Shown in pieces: positions 52,062-62,181 of a stretch of 64,000 nucleotides of DNA (positions are counted from its first letter, which is position 1; the number at the start of each line of letters is the position of its first letter). The notes below the pieces were generated by a model. The model saw nothing but the letters and a program-made list of their open reading frames with translations. It made no database searches and had not been told where the DNA came from. The translations under genes and the position numbers were made by a program. The DNA is from an uncultured Verrucomicrobiae bacterium (GTDB taxonomy: Bacteria; Verrucomicrobiota; Verrucomicrobiia; Limisphaerales; Palsa-1400): positions 352,001 to 416,000 of the forward strand of contig CAVPOM010000007.1 of NCBI GenBank assembly GCA_963707025.1, in the 5' to 3' direction.

Positions 52062-53126
52062 TCAGGCAAAAGGATCGGATTTGCGGGCACGGATGCGCAG
52101 GCCGAATTTTTCCTTGGCGGCGGCGAAGGAGAGGATTCCATTCTTGACAGTCGGGCCGGTGAAGGGATCGTTGCGGACGAGGAGATTGCCGTCCAGATCA
52201 AGGTAATCGGCCAGTTCAGCCAGGTGCATCCCGGCGCTGGTGCTGATGCTGGTTTCCACCATGCAGCCGATCATGGTTTTCAGCCCGGCCCGGCGCGCCG
52301 CCTTCAACGCTTCCGCCGCCTGGAGGAGGCCGCCGGTTTTGATGAGCTTGACATTGACGCCGTGGTAGCATTCGGCGCATCGGGCGGCGTCGCCGGCATG
52401 ATGATAGGATTCGTCGCCAAAAACCGGCAGGGGGGAGCGTTGCTTCAACCAGGCCAAATCCCGGGGCGGCGTGGCGGCGGGCATGGGCTGTTCGATGTAT
52501 TCGATATGGGGGTCCTGGGCCAGCCATTCGATTTTCCGCAAGGCCTCCTCCTTGGCGGGCCAGGCCTCGTTGGCGTCCACCCGGACGGTTTTGAGCGGGG
52601 CGGCTTCGCGCAGGGCGGCCAGATTCTTGCGGTCGCTGGCCGCGCCCACCTTGAGTTTAAGAACGGGAAAGGAGTCCGCTTCCAAAACTTTGTCGCGGAT
52701 TTTTGTCGGCGTATCCAGGCCGATGCTGAGGGAGGTCAGGTGTTTGCCTTCGGTAAAGCCGAGGTTGAGAAAATCATAAACCGCCTGGCCGGCCAGGCGG
52801 GCCGCGCCGTCGGCCAGGGCGACGTTGACCGCGCCTTTGGCCGAGTAATGGCCCGGCGCCAGCTTTTCCAAATAGTCCATGCTGGCCGGCAGGTTGGCGA
52901 AGGAAAGCTGCTCCGCCTGAACGCGCCCCAGAAAAGCGGCGATGGAGGCCACCGTCTCCTGGTAGCGCGCGGTGGCGGGCGCCTCGCCCCAGCCGCGGGC
53001 CGCGCCCTCGGTCAACCGCACCAGCACCACCGCCGTCCGGCTTTGATCGTGGCCGGACTGGGGGCCGCTGGAGATGGCCCATCGGTGTTTCAGGCGCAAA
53101 TCGAACGGGAGAAAATCCAGTTTCAT
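52062..53126 (-). CDS. Dipeptide (L-Ala-D/L-Glu) epimerase, enolase superfamily
   Basis: KLKVG, VDANE, EQP, DES, NVKL.K.GG, MIGCMVE, DLDG. Confidence 0.9.
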   Translation of the reverse strand: MKLDFLPFDLRLKHRWAISSGPQSGHDQSRTAVVLVRLTEGAARGWGEAPATARYQETVASIAAFLGRVQAEQLSFANLPASMDYLEKLAPGHYSAKGAVNVALADGAARLAGQAVYDFLNLGFTEGKHLTSLSIGLDTPTKIRDKVLEADSFPVLKLKVGAASDRKNLAALREAAPLKTVRVDANEAWPAKEEALRKIEWLAQDPHIEYIEQPMPAATPPRDLAWLKQRSPLPVFGDESYHHAGDAARCAECYHGVNVKLIKTGGLLQAAEALKAARRAGLKTMIGCMVETSISTSAGMHLAELADYLDLDGNLLVRNDPFTGPTVKNGILSFAAAKEKFGLRIRARKSDPFA

Positions 53127-53342
53127 GACGGCAAGGACAACCTAAATGGGCGCTGATTGCAAGCGGGGAAAAGGCGGGCGTTTTTGGGCAATTGCGGATT
53201 GTGGATTGCGGATGGCGGCTGGCGTCGGACAGCCTTGCCGCCTGCTCAGAGGGATCGGACGGATCGGACGGATGGGTCGGACCTGGCCAGAATTCCGCCG
53301 GGCCGCCCTTGTTATTTTCATGGCTTCAGCTACTGTTAAGGC

Positions 53343-54350
53343 ATGTTCAAAATAGTTTTATGCGCGGCGTTGCTTCTGGGCGGGTGGGCCGTTCCCGGCG
53401 CCACCGTGCAATTGCGGGACAAGGCCTCGGTCAGCGGCACCATTCTGGCGCAGAAGCCGGATGAAGTTGTGATTGACATCGGCTACACCGTGCTGGTCAT
53501 TCCCCGCAGCCAGATTCTCAGCCTGCTCAACGACAAAACGCCCCCGGCAACAATCACCGCCCCGGCCCTCCTGGCGGCGGCCGTGCCACCACCGCCCGCA
53601 GCGCCGCCACCGGCGGCTTCGCTCCGGCCCGGCTCCGCCGCGGAGCAGGGATTCTATTTCACCGGGGCGAGCCTTCTCAAGGAGCGCAGCGTGCGCGAAT
53701 TGGCCGCCGAACTGGGCGCGGCGGTCGTGCAGGTGCGCACGCCCGGCGGGCTGGGATCGGGGTTTTTCATCAACGAGGACGGGTTTCTCATCACCAATTT
53801 TCATGTGACGGAAGGCGAAACGCAGATTTCCGTGGAGGTTTTCCAGCAGAAAAACGGGGAGTTGGAGCGGATGGTCTATAAACAGGTCAAAATAGTTTCG
53901 CTCAACAAATTTGGCGACTTGGCGCTGCTCAAAGTGGAGGACAAGGACGCGCCGAAATTTGTGCATGTCGTTCTGGGCGACTCGGACGCGCTGGCCGTGG
54001 GGGAACGGGTCTTTGCCATCGGCAGCCCGCTCGGTTTGGAACGGAGCGTGACCGAGGGCATTGTCAGCACCAAGACCCGGCAGTTGCAGGGCGAACTGTA
54101 TTTACAGACCACCGCCCAGATCAACCCGGGCAACAGCGGCGGCCCTCTGTTCAACCTGCGCGGCGAAGTCGTCGGCGTGACCAACATGAAAATCACCTCG
54201 GGCGAGGGCCTGGGTTTTGCCATTCCGGTGGCGGCGGTGGCCTTCTTTTTGAACCACCGGGATTCTTTTGCCTACGACAACGACAATCCCAGCAATCCCT
54301 ACCGTTACCTGGAACCGTCTCACCGCCTCAAGAAAACCGCCTCCGATTGA
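53343..54350 (+). CDS. Trypsin-like S1C serine protease
   Basis: GSGF..TNFHV, DLALL, INPGNSGGPL. Confidence 0.9.
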   Translation: MFKIVLCAALLLGGWAVPGATVQLRDKASVSGTILAQKPDEVVIDIGYTVLVIPRSQILSLLNDKTPPATITAPALLAAAVPPPPAAPPPAASLRPGSAAEQGFYFTGASLLKERSVRELAAELGAAVVQVRTPGGLGSGFFINEDGFLITNFHVTEGETQISVEVFQQKNGELERMVYKQVKIVSLNKFGDLALLKVEDKDAPKFVHVVLGDSDALAVGERVFAIGSPLGLERSVTEGIVSTKTRQLQGELYLQTTAQINPGNSGGPLFNLRGEVVGVTNMKITSGEGLGFAIPVAAVAFFLNHRDSFAYDNDNPSNPYRYLEPSHRLKKTASD

Positions 54351-54369
54351 CCCGCCCTCCTGCCGCCCC

Positions 54370-56265
54370 ATGAGAATTCACTGCTTTTGGCTGATGGCCG
54401 CGCTGGCGGGCCTCTGCCCGGCGGGCGCGGCCGAACCCCCGGCGCAAAAGTTGCTGCCCAAAGACACCGTGCTGGTGCTGGCCGTGCCGGACGCCGGCAA
54501 GGCCCTGGCCGTTCTGACCAATTCCGCCATGGGCCGGTTGTGGCGCGATCCGGCGGTCAAGGCCTTCCGGGATAAATTCACTGACAAATTACAAACCGCC
54601 GCCCTGGCGCCGTTGCAACGCCAATTGGGCATCCATTTCGCCGACTACCAGGGATTGGCCCGCGGCCAGATGACCTTCGCCATCCTCCCGGTGGATCAGG
54701 CCGACAAGCCCGACGAACATTACGCCGCGGTTTTTCTGCTCGACGCCGGGGACCATGCCCCCCAACTCGCCACCAACCTGGCCGCGCTCAAGAAGACATG
54801 GATTGATGCCGGGAAAACGCTCAAAACCGGGAAAATCCGCGAGACGGAGTTCGCCACCTTCCTGATGACCTCCGATGATCTGTCCGTGCAGAAACTTCTG
54901 CCCAACCTCACCGACACCAACGACCCCGCCAACGCCCTGCCTAAACCGGCGCCCGAAAAAGTGGAGCTGACCTTCGGCCAATCCGGCTCGCTCCTCATCG
55001 TCAGCCAGTCCAGCCAGGCCATTGAAAAAATTCTGGCCCGGCAAGCCGGCGGCCTGCTGGCCGGTTTGGATGAGCAACCGGCCTTCCAAAACGATTTTGC
55101 CGCGCGCCTGCAGGGCGCGCCCTTTTTCGCCTGGTTCAATGCCAAGGCCCTGCTGGCCGATCTGGCAAAACCGCAGGCCCCGCCCGCAGGTTCAGGAGCG
55201 GCCCCTCTCCCCGACCCCGTGGCCGGGGATGGAATTCTGGCAACCCTGGGCTTCACCGGGCTGACTTCCGCCTCCCTGGCCTGTCGCGACACCCCGGACG
55301 GCATGAACCTCCAGTTCTTCCTGGGTGCGCCGGAATCCAGCCGCCGCGGGCTTTTGAAAGTCCTGACCACCGAGGCCAAGGACTCCGGGCCGCCGCCCTT
55401 CGTGCCGGGCGACGCAGTCAAGTTCAGCCGGGTGCGCCTGGATCTTCCCAAAAGCTGGCGCCTCCTGGAATCCACCTTGAACCAAATCTATCCCTCCGCC
55501 AGCCAGTCCTTTAACTACTTCCTGGACCTGGCGGGCAAGGCCCAGGATGAGAAATATGATTTGAAAACGGAATTGCTCGACAACTTGGGCGACGACATCA
55601 TCAATTATGAAAGGAATCCTGTCAACACTACGCTGGGCGACCTGCGGGAGGCCCCGGAGATTTACCTGATCGGCTCCCCCAGCCCGTGGAAACTGGCCTC
55701 GGCCGTCAAAGCGGCCATGAGCCTGCTCACCCCGGCCGACAAGATCAAGGACCGCGAGTTCCTGGGGCGCAGAATCTACTCGGCGACCCTGCCCCCCACT
55801 CTCGGCGGCCGGACGTATCATTTTGCGGCCAGCGCCGGCTACCTCGCCCTGACCAGCGACGTGGAGATGCTGGAGGAATTCCTGCGCAGCAACGACAGCG
55901 ACAAACCCGGCTTGAGCCAGACCCCCGGACTGGGCGAGGCGGCGCAAAAAGCGGGAGGCGGGATGAGCACCGGCATTTTTTCCTTCAGCAACGACAAGGA
56001 GAGCACGCGCACGCTGCTGGAGACCCTGCGCAAGGAAACCATTTCCGGCCCCGACCTGCTCGGTCTGCTCGGCTTGGAAATGCGGATGAACAAGATCTCC
56101 ACCGTGGAGGAAGCCAGCCAGTTCAAAGATTGGTGCGATTTTTCCCTCCTCCCGCCCGTGGACACACTGACCAAATACTTCAATTATTCGGTCTGGGTCG
56201 GCGGCTTCACCCCGGACGGATTCACCCTCAATGGATTCACCCCGGCGCTGCCCGCCCAGCAATAG
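54370..56265 (+). CDS. Secreted hypothetical protein
   Basis: Signal peptide; long ORF with host-like codon usage. Confidence 0.75.
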   Translation: MRIHCFWLMAALAGLCPAGAAEPPAQKLLPKDTVLVLAVPDAGKALAVLTNSAMGRLWRDPAVKAFRDKFTDKLQTAALAPLQRQLGIHFADYQGLARGQMTFAILPVDQADKPDEHYAAVFLLDAGDHAPQLATNLAALKKTWIDAGKTLKTGKIRETEFATFLMTSDDLSVQKLLPNLTDTNDPANALPKPAPEKVELTFGQSGSLLIVSQSSQAIEKILARQAGGLLAGLDEQPAFQNDFAARLQGAPFFAWFNAKALLADLAKPQAPPAGSGAAPLPDPVAGDGILATLGFTGLTSASLACRDTPDGMNLQFFLGAPESSRRGLLKVLTTEAKDSGPPPFVPGDAVKFSRVRLDLPKSWRLLESTLNQIYPSASQSFNYFLDLAGKAQDEKYDLKTELLDNLGDDIINYERNPVNTTLGDLREAPEIYLIGSPSPWKLASAVKAAMSLLTPADKIKDREFLGRRIYSATLPPTLGGRTYHFAASAGYLALTSDVEMLEEFLRSNDSDKPGLSQTPGLGEAAQKAGGGMSTGIFSFSNDKESTRTLLETLRKETISGPDLLGLLGLEMRMNKISTVEEASQFKDWCDFSLLPPVDTLTKYFNYSVWVGGFTPDGFTLNGFTPALPAQQ

Positions 56266-56320
56266 GCGCGCGCGCAGACGCCGCCTTTCACTTTTTGGCT
56301 ATTTGCTCCTAATCTTAATT

Positions 56321-56453
56321 TAGAGCGTTTTCAAGAAAACTGTAGCCGCAGCACGCGGTAGGGTCCCGGCAGGCCGGGACTGCCCGCCGCGGCGCGCACG
56401 GAGTGCGCGCCCTACCTCCCTTGTTTCGGCTACATCATTTCTTAAACTGCCTA
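56321..56453. mobile_element. Degenerate MITE enclosing a GTAG REP doublet
   Basis: Imperfect TIR TAGAGCGTTTTCAAGAAAACTGTAGCCG / CGGCTACATCATTTCTTAAACTGCCTA; inner GGTAGGG...CCCTACC. Confidence 0.55.
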
Positions 56454-56528
56454 ATCTCCTTCGACGCAGATTACGATTAAGATCAGGATTAAGATTAGGA
56501 TTGGTTCGCCAAGGACCAATCGTTCCCG

Positions 56529-58853
56529 TTACTCCTGCGGATAGACCAGGATGCGGTCGTGGACCAGCACGATCAAATCGTTCTTGCCGCGGCCGGTCAC
56601 GTCGGCCGCCAGGGCCTCGCGCGGTTCGAACGTGTCGTTGCGGCGGGAACGGAAGGTGCGCTCTTCAAACACCTGCCAGCGATTGCCCGGCACCAGCTTG
56701 TGCGGCGGCACGAAACTCACCAAATCCAAATAGTTCTTGGCCGTCTCCAGAAACACCAGGTCTTTGCGCCTGTTATGGTTCAGGTCGCCCGAGATGACAT
56801 CCCTCAGATACCCGTCTTGAATGGGCGTCTCGTAGCCGTCCAACTCGGCCAGTTCCCACACCTCCCCGCGCAGCGCCATCGTCCCCACCGCGTTCAGGCC
56901 GATGAACGCCAGGCTGTTGGCTTGCTTGTCCCCCAGTCCGATGGCCTGCAGGCGAGAAAAATCGGTCACGGGCAGGGGCAGGTTGCGCACCACCTGCCAG
57001 ACCCCCGCGGCGTCGCGCTCGCACAAGGTCAGCGCCTTCTGCTCTGAGTCCAGTAGAAATAACGACGCCACCGCGTCGCTCCCGTTGCGCAACGGCGCCG
57101 CCCCCGCAATGCGCGAACTGCTCGAGGCCCCGTTGATTTGCACTTTGACGTGGAAGGTCCACACCGGCTTGCCGTTGGTGGCGTTGCCGCTTTCCGCCTG
57201 CAGCACCACCGCCCGGATGAAATTCTTTTGCGCCAGCAGCAATTCCTGCTTGCCGTCGCCATCCACGTCGGCCGCGCTCAGCCAGGGCTGCTCCTGTTCG
57301 CTGCTCCCGCCGGGGGGCAGGACGTCTTCCTCATCAAAGCCGTTGCTCGGCGTCTGGATCAGCACTTTGATCTTTTCGTACGGTATCAACACCACTAGGT
57401 CGGCCAGTCCGTCCTGATTGGCATCGAACATGGTCATGGAGGCGGGGTTCGCTTTGAATTCCGCGCTCAAGCTCTGCGTGCGCGTTTTTCCGTCCGCCGT
57501 GCGCGTGGCCAGCACCCGTTTGCCGTCCTGGTCCAAAATCACCGCCAGGGTGGGCGGGGCGCCGGCCTGGAGCGGCCCGACGGCCATGGCCAGGGGCCGG
57601 CCGGCAAATGGCAGAATGGCCGGAAAGGCGATGGACCCGTTTTTGTCCAGCGCGGTCACTCCGATTTGATGCTCCTCGCTGCTGAGCAGGAAAATCTCCG
57701 GCGTGCCGTCCTGGTTCCAATCACTCACCGCCAGGTCGGTCACGCCGCTCAAGGTCGGAAAGGTCTTGGGGGAGCCGAGCTTGCCGTCGGCCTGTTGCAG
57801 ATAGAGCGTCAACTGCCCGCTGTCCGGTTCGGCCACCAGCAGGTCCGGCAGCCCGTCGCCATTGACGTCGGCCCACAAGATGCCGCGGCGGGCCTGCGTG
57901 GTTTTCTTGAGCGGCAAGACTTGGAATTGCCCGCTTTTGAAAGCGCCGGAGAGCGGCTCGGCCGGTTTGCGGCTCAGCCCGGAGATCTGGGCGCGGCCGG
58001 ATTTTTCCGCGATGGTAATCAACTCCATTTTGTGGTCCTCCAACAAATCATCCGCCAGAAAGGCGCGGATGGCGGGAAAAGTAAAATGCACCTCCGGCTC
58101 CAACTGCCCCTGGGCGTCCTGCAGGCGGAAGCGGAACGGGTTGGGGCTTTGGTCATTGATGAGCAGCAGATCATCCCGGCCGTCGCCGTTGATGTCCACC
58201 ACTTGCAGGCTGTTGACCGCGCCGGAGAAGGGGATTTTTTCCGGCTCGGCCAGAAGGTGGTCCGCATTCTGGGCGATGTAATAAAGATTATTTTCGCCCA
58301 GCAAAACCAGGCCGGGCCGCCCGCTGCCGTGCAGATCGCCGGTCGTCAGGGCGTTGGCCACGGGCTGGCCGTCGGCAATGGGAAAGCGCTTGGGCGCGCT
58401 CCAGCCATTGCTGCCCAGGTTGTATTGCACCACCAGCTCCTTGGGGTCGCCGTAGTAGGCCAGATCGGGGCGGCCATCCCCGTTCAAATCCGCCACCACC
58501 AGCGAGGTGATCCTTTTTTCCGAGGCGATGGAGGTGATTCTAAAGCGGGCATCCGGCGGCAGTTGGTTGATTTCTTTCTTCTGGCCGTCGTCGGCCGGGG
58601 GGGTGTTGGTTTTGCCCGTCCGGTTGTAGAGGATGTTGATTTTCGAGCGGGCATTGTTCACCACGATCAGATCGTTCAGCCCGTCGCCGTCCATGTCGGC
58701 GGCATGCAACAGGGTGATGGCGCTGTCCAGCGGATAAATTTCCGGGCCGGTGAAACCGAAGGTATTGGTTTCCCCGCTCCCGCCCCGGGCGGTTGCGACA
58801 CACGCCGCGCAGGCCAGCACACCCCAAAAGCGTCTCAGTGCAAGATTCATCAT
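56529..58853 (-). CDS. FG-GAP/VCBS repeat protein
   Basis: Repeated D(L/V)NGDG.PDL motifs. Confidence 0.88.
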   Translation of the reverse strand: MMNLALRRFWGVLACAACVATARGGSGETNTFGFTGPEIYPLDSAITLLHAADMDGDGLNDLIVVNNARSKINILYNRTGKTNTPPADDGQKKEINQLPPDARFRITSIASEKRITSLVVADLNGDGRPDLAYYGDPKELVVQYNLGSNGWSAPKRFPIADGQPVANALTTGDLHGSGRPGLVLLGENNLYYIAQNADHLLAEPEKIPFSGAVNSLQVVDINGDGRDDLLLINDQSPNPFRFRLQDAQGQLEPEVHFTFPAIRAFLADDLLEDHKMELITIAEKSGRAQISGLSRKPAEPLSGAFKSGQFQVLPLKKTTQARRGILWADVNGDGLPDLLVAEPDSGQLTLYLQQADGKLGSPKTFPTLSGVTDLAVSDWNQDGTPEIFLLSSEEHQIGVTALDKNGSIAFPAILPFAGRPLAMAVGPLQAGAPPTLAVILDQDGKRVLATRTADGKTRTQSLSAEFKANPASMTMFDANQDGLADLVVLIPYEKIKVLIQTPSNGFDEEDVLPPGGSSEQEQPWLSAADVDGDGKQELLLAQKNFIRAVVLQAESGNATNGKPVWTFHVKVQINGASSSSRIAGAAPLRNGSDAVASLFLLDSEQKALTLCERDAAGVWQVVRNLPLPVTDFSRLQAIGLGDKQANSLAFIGLNAVGTMALRGEVWELAELDGYETPIQDGYLRDVISGDLNHNRRKDLVFLETAKNYLDLVSFVPPHKLVPGNRWQVFEERTFRSRRNDTFEPREALAADVTGRGKNDLIVLVHDRILVYPQE

Positions 58854-58893
58854 GCGATGTGCAAACTGCCATCGCGCAGAGGTTTGTGCCAGA

Positions 58894-59313
58894 TTATTCA
58901 CCAAGAAAATGGGCCAGGATGCGCCGTTCATGCGCGACCAGCCGGTGTTCCCAAAGATAAATGCCCTGCCAGGCGCCCAGCCCCAGTTCCCCGCCGGCGA
59001 TGGGAATGCTCAGATGCGCCGACGTCAAAGCCGACCGGACGTGGGCCGGCATGTCATCCGCCCCTTCCGAAACATGACGCCAGAGCGGGTCGCCATCGGG
59101 AACCAGGCGGGCGAAAAAGCGTTCCAAGTCGCGCCGCACCTCCGGGTCGGCATTTTCCTGGATGAGGAGCGAGGCGGAAGTGTGTTGCACAAACAAGGTG
59201 GCCAGGCCGCTGTGCAGGCCCGTCGCGCGCAGCCGCCTTGCCGCCTCGCCGGTGAACTCATAAAAACCCCGGCCGCGCGTGGGGATGATGATCAACTCGG
59301 AGTGTTGTCGCAT
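58894..59313 (-). CDS. yjbQ: YjbQ (UPF0047) family protein
   Basis: HTSASLLIQENADP, DDMPAH, LG.WQGIYLWEHR. Confidence 0.9.
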   Translation of the reverse strand: MRQHSELIIIPTRGRGFYEFTGEAARRLRATGLHSGLATLFVQHTSASLLIQENADPEVRRDLERFFARLVPDGDPLWRHVSEGADDMPAHVRSALTSAHLSIPIAGGELGLGAWQGIYLWEHRLVAHERRILAHFLGE

Positions 59314-59514
59314 GGCAGTGATGGAGTCGTGCAAGGGTCGTCTCTGTCAATGAAAGATTTTGGCATGGGTCGTGCCAAAGCCCGGCCGCCACCGCAAATT
59401 TTTTTGGAAAAATCGCTTGAATTATTTTTGGTTTTGGCGATAATAAGATCAAGCCAGCCGTCCGGCGGAGACCGGAGCGCGCCTTTGTTCTTTGGAATTA
59501 TTGGCAACGGTTTT

Positions 59515-59691
59515 ACCCTGCCATGCTCGTGATTAAAAACAAAGTCCTTGAACCTTAAATTAGTCAACCCGGAACCCTGATCTCGGTTGTGGCCGACAGG
59601 CCTTAACTGGAAGCCGAAAGCAATCGTCCCGGTTCCATCCTGTTCCTAACAAGTTCAGAGGCACTGTTTATACACGGCATTACGGCGGGGT
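59515..59691 (+). ncRNA. ssrS: 6S RNA
   Basis: ~177-nt rod: closing stem ACCCTGCC..ATGC..CGTG / CACG..GCAT..GGCGGGGT, A-rich central bubble, CCTTGAAC / GTTCAGAGG inner stem, followed by a T-run. Confidence 0.75.
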
Positions 59692-59802
59692 TATTTTTTG
59701 CGCGCATGGCCGGATTCTAGGTCGTGTTTCAATCGCCTGGCCAATGTTCCACAGGTCGTGAACGCCTCTTGCGGGTTTGTCCCTGCACAAGTAATCTTTC
59801 CA

Positions 59803-60003
59803 ATGAGCGTTGAGGAGATCAAAAAGGCGGTGCAACACCTCAGCCTGGGGGAACGGGCGGAAGTCGCGGCCTGCCTTCATTCGTGGAATGACGACGACTG
59901 GGATGAACAGATGAAACGCGATTTGGCCTCCGGCAAACTCGATATAATTCTGAGCCGGGTGGACGCCGACATAGCAGAAAACAAAATTCGTGGCATGCCG
60001 TGA
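59803..60003 (+). CDS. Putative antitoxin
   Basis: MSVEEIKKAV..L...WDEQMKRDLASGKLD; GTGA overlap with the toxin. Confidence 0.7.
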   Translation: MSVEEIKKAVQHLSLGERAEVAACLHSWNDDDWDEQMKRDLASGKLDIILSRVDADIAENKIRGMP

Positions 60004-60212
60004 TTTCGCGGACACACGCTCAGTTTTGGGAATGTTTCGACGCCTTGCCGGAGGACCTCCAACGGATCGCGCAAGAGAAGTATCGGCTATGGCAGCAGGA
60101 CTGCTTTCATCCATCGCTCCATTTCAAACCATTGAAGGATGATGTCTGGTCGGTCAGAATCAACCACAGTTATCGGGCTTTGGGCCGACGCAAAGCAGCG
60201 TTGATGGTGTGA
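60000..60212 (+). pseudogene. RelE/ParE-like toxin, apparently C-terminally truncated
   Basis: FWECFDALP..HPSLHFKPL..WSVRI..YRALG; stops where this family usually continues W.WIG.H..Y. Confidence 0.65.
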
Positions 60213-60541
60213 AAGGGTCAAGCCCGGAAAGCTGAATATGGGTTTGACATTGGGGGAAACGCAACACTGCCACGCCTTGATTGTGAATATCATTCCGAAT
60301 GCCGGGCTTGACCCCTGCTACTAGGAACGCCATTGCATTTGATCCAAGCACCCGACTAAACTTCCCGCGTGAACACTCGTCGGCTGATTGGAATGATGCC
60401 ATGCATTTGCCTTTTGTTATACGGACGATTCGTTTCGGCGGCTGAAACCGCCACGCCGGACTACACGGCATGGAATTCCGCTTTTGGAAGCTGGACGAAC
60501 GTGACGAATTGGTCCGCCGGATTGCCCAATCCGTAACGCCC

Positions 60542-61366
60542 TCAATTCGCTGCGCCGGAGGGAAAAAGGAAGTCGGGTCCCAACAACATGACCGTTTGGC
60601 GCGTCCTGGCTGTTTGGGCAACATGCCAGTTCATCCTCCCCAGACCGGCCAAGGCCGACTGCACCGGCTCGATGGTTTCGCGAGGAAGCTGTTCCACGGA
60701 TTGCACTCTGTCAACGCTCAGGGCGTACTGTTTGGCTCCGTTGGTGACCACAATGGCGATTTCACGACGGGTTTCCCTTAGAATCTGACGGGATTCCTCG
60801 AACAGCTTGACCAGCGTGGCCAATTCGCAGTTCCGGCGCTCTTCCAGGTTGGCCAGGGCTTTCTCGAATTTTCCCCCCTCCGCCATCTTTAACACTTCGT
60901 CCGCGGAGGCGTGGATGATCTGGTGCGGCGCATCCATCTTCCTCAGCGCCATGCGAAAGATGGCTGCCTGGATCGTCTGCTCCTCGTTCTTGTACTGATC
61001 ATACCACAGGCCAAATTTGCACTTGTGCGGGTCCCGGGCGAGATTGAACGGCCGCCGCTCCCGCACGCATGCTTCCAGCTCCTTCAGCCAGTTGCGGTGG
61101 TCCTGCTCCCGATCGTGCAGCAATTGAATGAGACTGTTCAAGTCTGATTGTGCCGAGGCCAGCCCCAGCACAATGCGCAGGTCAACCAGCTTCAAGATGC
61201 TGCCGCGAATATTGATCACCCCTCTTATTTCCGGCCGCTGGTTGGGAACATGCACCACCGCAGGCAATATCAGCATCTCCCGCACAAACTCCGCCGACAC
61301 GGCATACTGGCCGTTGCCCGCCTCGAACAACACGAACGGCATCTTGTCTTTTCGCAACGCTATCAT
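60542..61366 (-). CDS. CheW protein with an inserted CZB zinc-binding domain
   Basis: VP...IRGVINIRG..LVDLR..LG; H..W, CKFGLWY, PH..IH; LSVDRV.SV. Confidence 0.8.
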   Translation of the reverse strand: MIALRKDKMPFVLFEAGNGQYAVSAEFVREMLILPAVVHVPNQRPEIRGVINIRGSILKLVDLRIVLGLASAQSDLNSLIQLLHDREQDHRNWLKELEACVRERRPFNLARDPHKCKFGLWYDQYKNEEQTIQAAIFRMALRKMDAPHQIIHASADEVLKMAEGGKFEKALANLEERRNCELATLVKLFEESRQILRETRREIAIVVTNGAKQYALSVDRVQSVEQLPRETIEPVQSALAGLGRMNWHVAQTARTRQTVMLLGPDFLFPSGAAN

Positions 61367-62181
61367 GGCACTGTTTTCCGCTTTAAAATCCGGCGGTTTC
61401 GCCTCTCCTCTGGTTTGTCTGAATTCACTCGCGCCGTTATCGGCATTTTGTGGCCGCGGCTTAATGCTCAATCTTCCCGCCATCATTAACAAAAGCCGTT
61501 GTGCTAAAGGGAACGCCGGGGATTCGAAAAAGAGCGCAAGTATTGTATGGAGAATGACAAGAAATGCCTCGTCAAAGCGGCAAAACCATAGTTTCGCCCC
61601 ATTGCAAGTGCAAATGATTGCGCTGCAAGCGCTTGAAACCTTTCTTCCCTCTCTGTTGTCTCAGTTGCCTCCTGTTGAACCCCCTTCTTCATTCCCTGTC
61701 CTCCGTAGGCCAGGAGGATGCATTTTTCTTCCAACCGGAGCTTGACAAAAGTTAGAACCTATGGTTAAATCGTCAGAGTGAGAAACGTAGGCTCAGTCCA
61801 AACCACATCCGGGAGAAGGCGGCCAGCCCAGGCGCGGAGGGCGGGGATATGAAAATGCAAAATGCAGAATTCCAAATCCGTGAAATCCGCGAAACCTGTG
61901 GTTCAATTCCTTTGGTCCCGGCTGGCCGCTCAACCTGGCAAACCATGGCCAATTCGCGGTGTTGCCGCAACCCAGCGGCGGGCGATTCAACCGTCGCCTC
62001 CAAAAGGACCTGGCACGGTCGAATCGTGCCAAGCGGACCCATCCGGTCAAACCGGTCAAACCGGTCAAACCCAACGCTGTCCAGTAAAGTGAGGGATAAA
62101 AATGTGGAAGACCCTCACCTGCAAGGTGTTGCTGAGCCATTTGGATGTGATCGAAGCAGAGGCGGTCAAACCAGGTCAAAC

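Noticed and set aside
61490..61620. c-di-GMP riboswitch upstream of the CheW-CZB gene
   Set aside because: Only partial resemblance; the two-hairpin consensus could not be built
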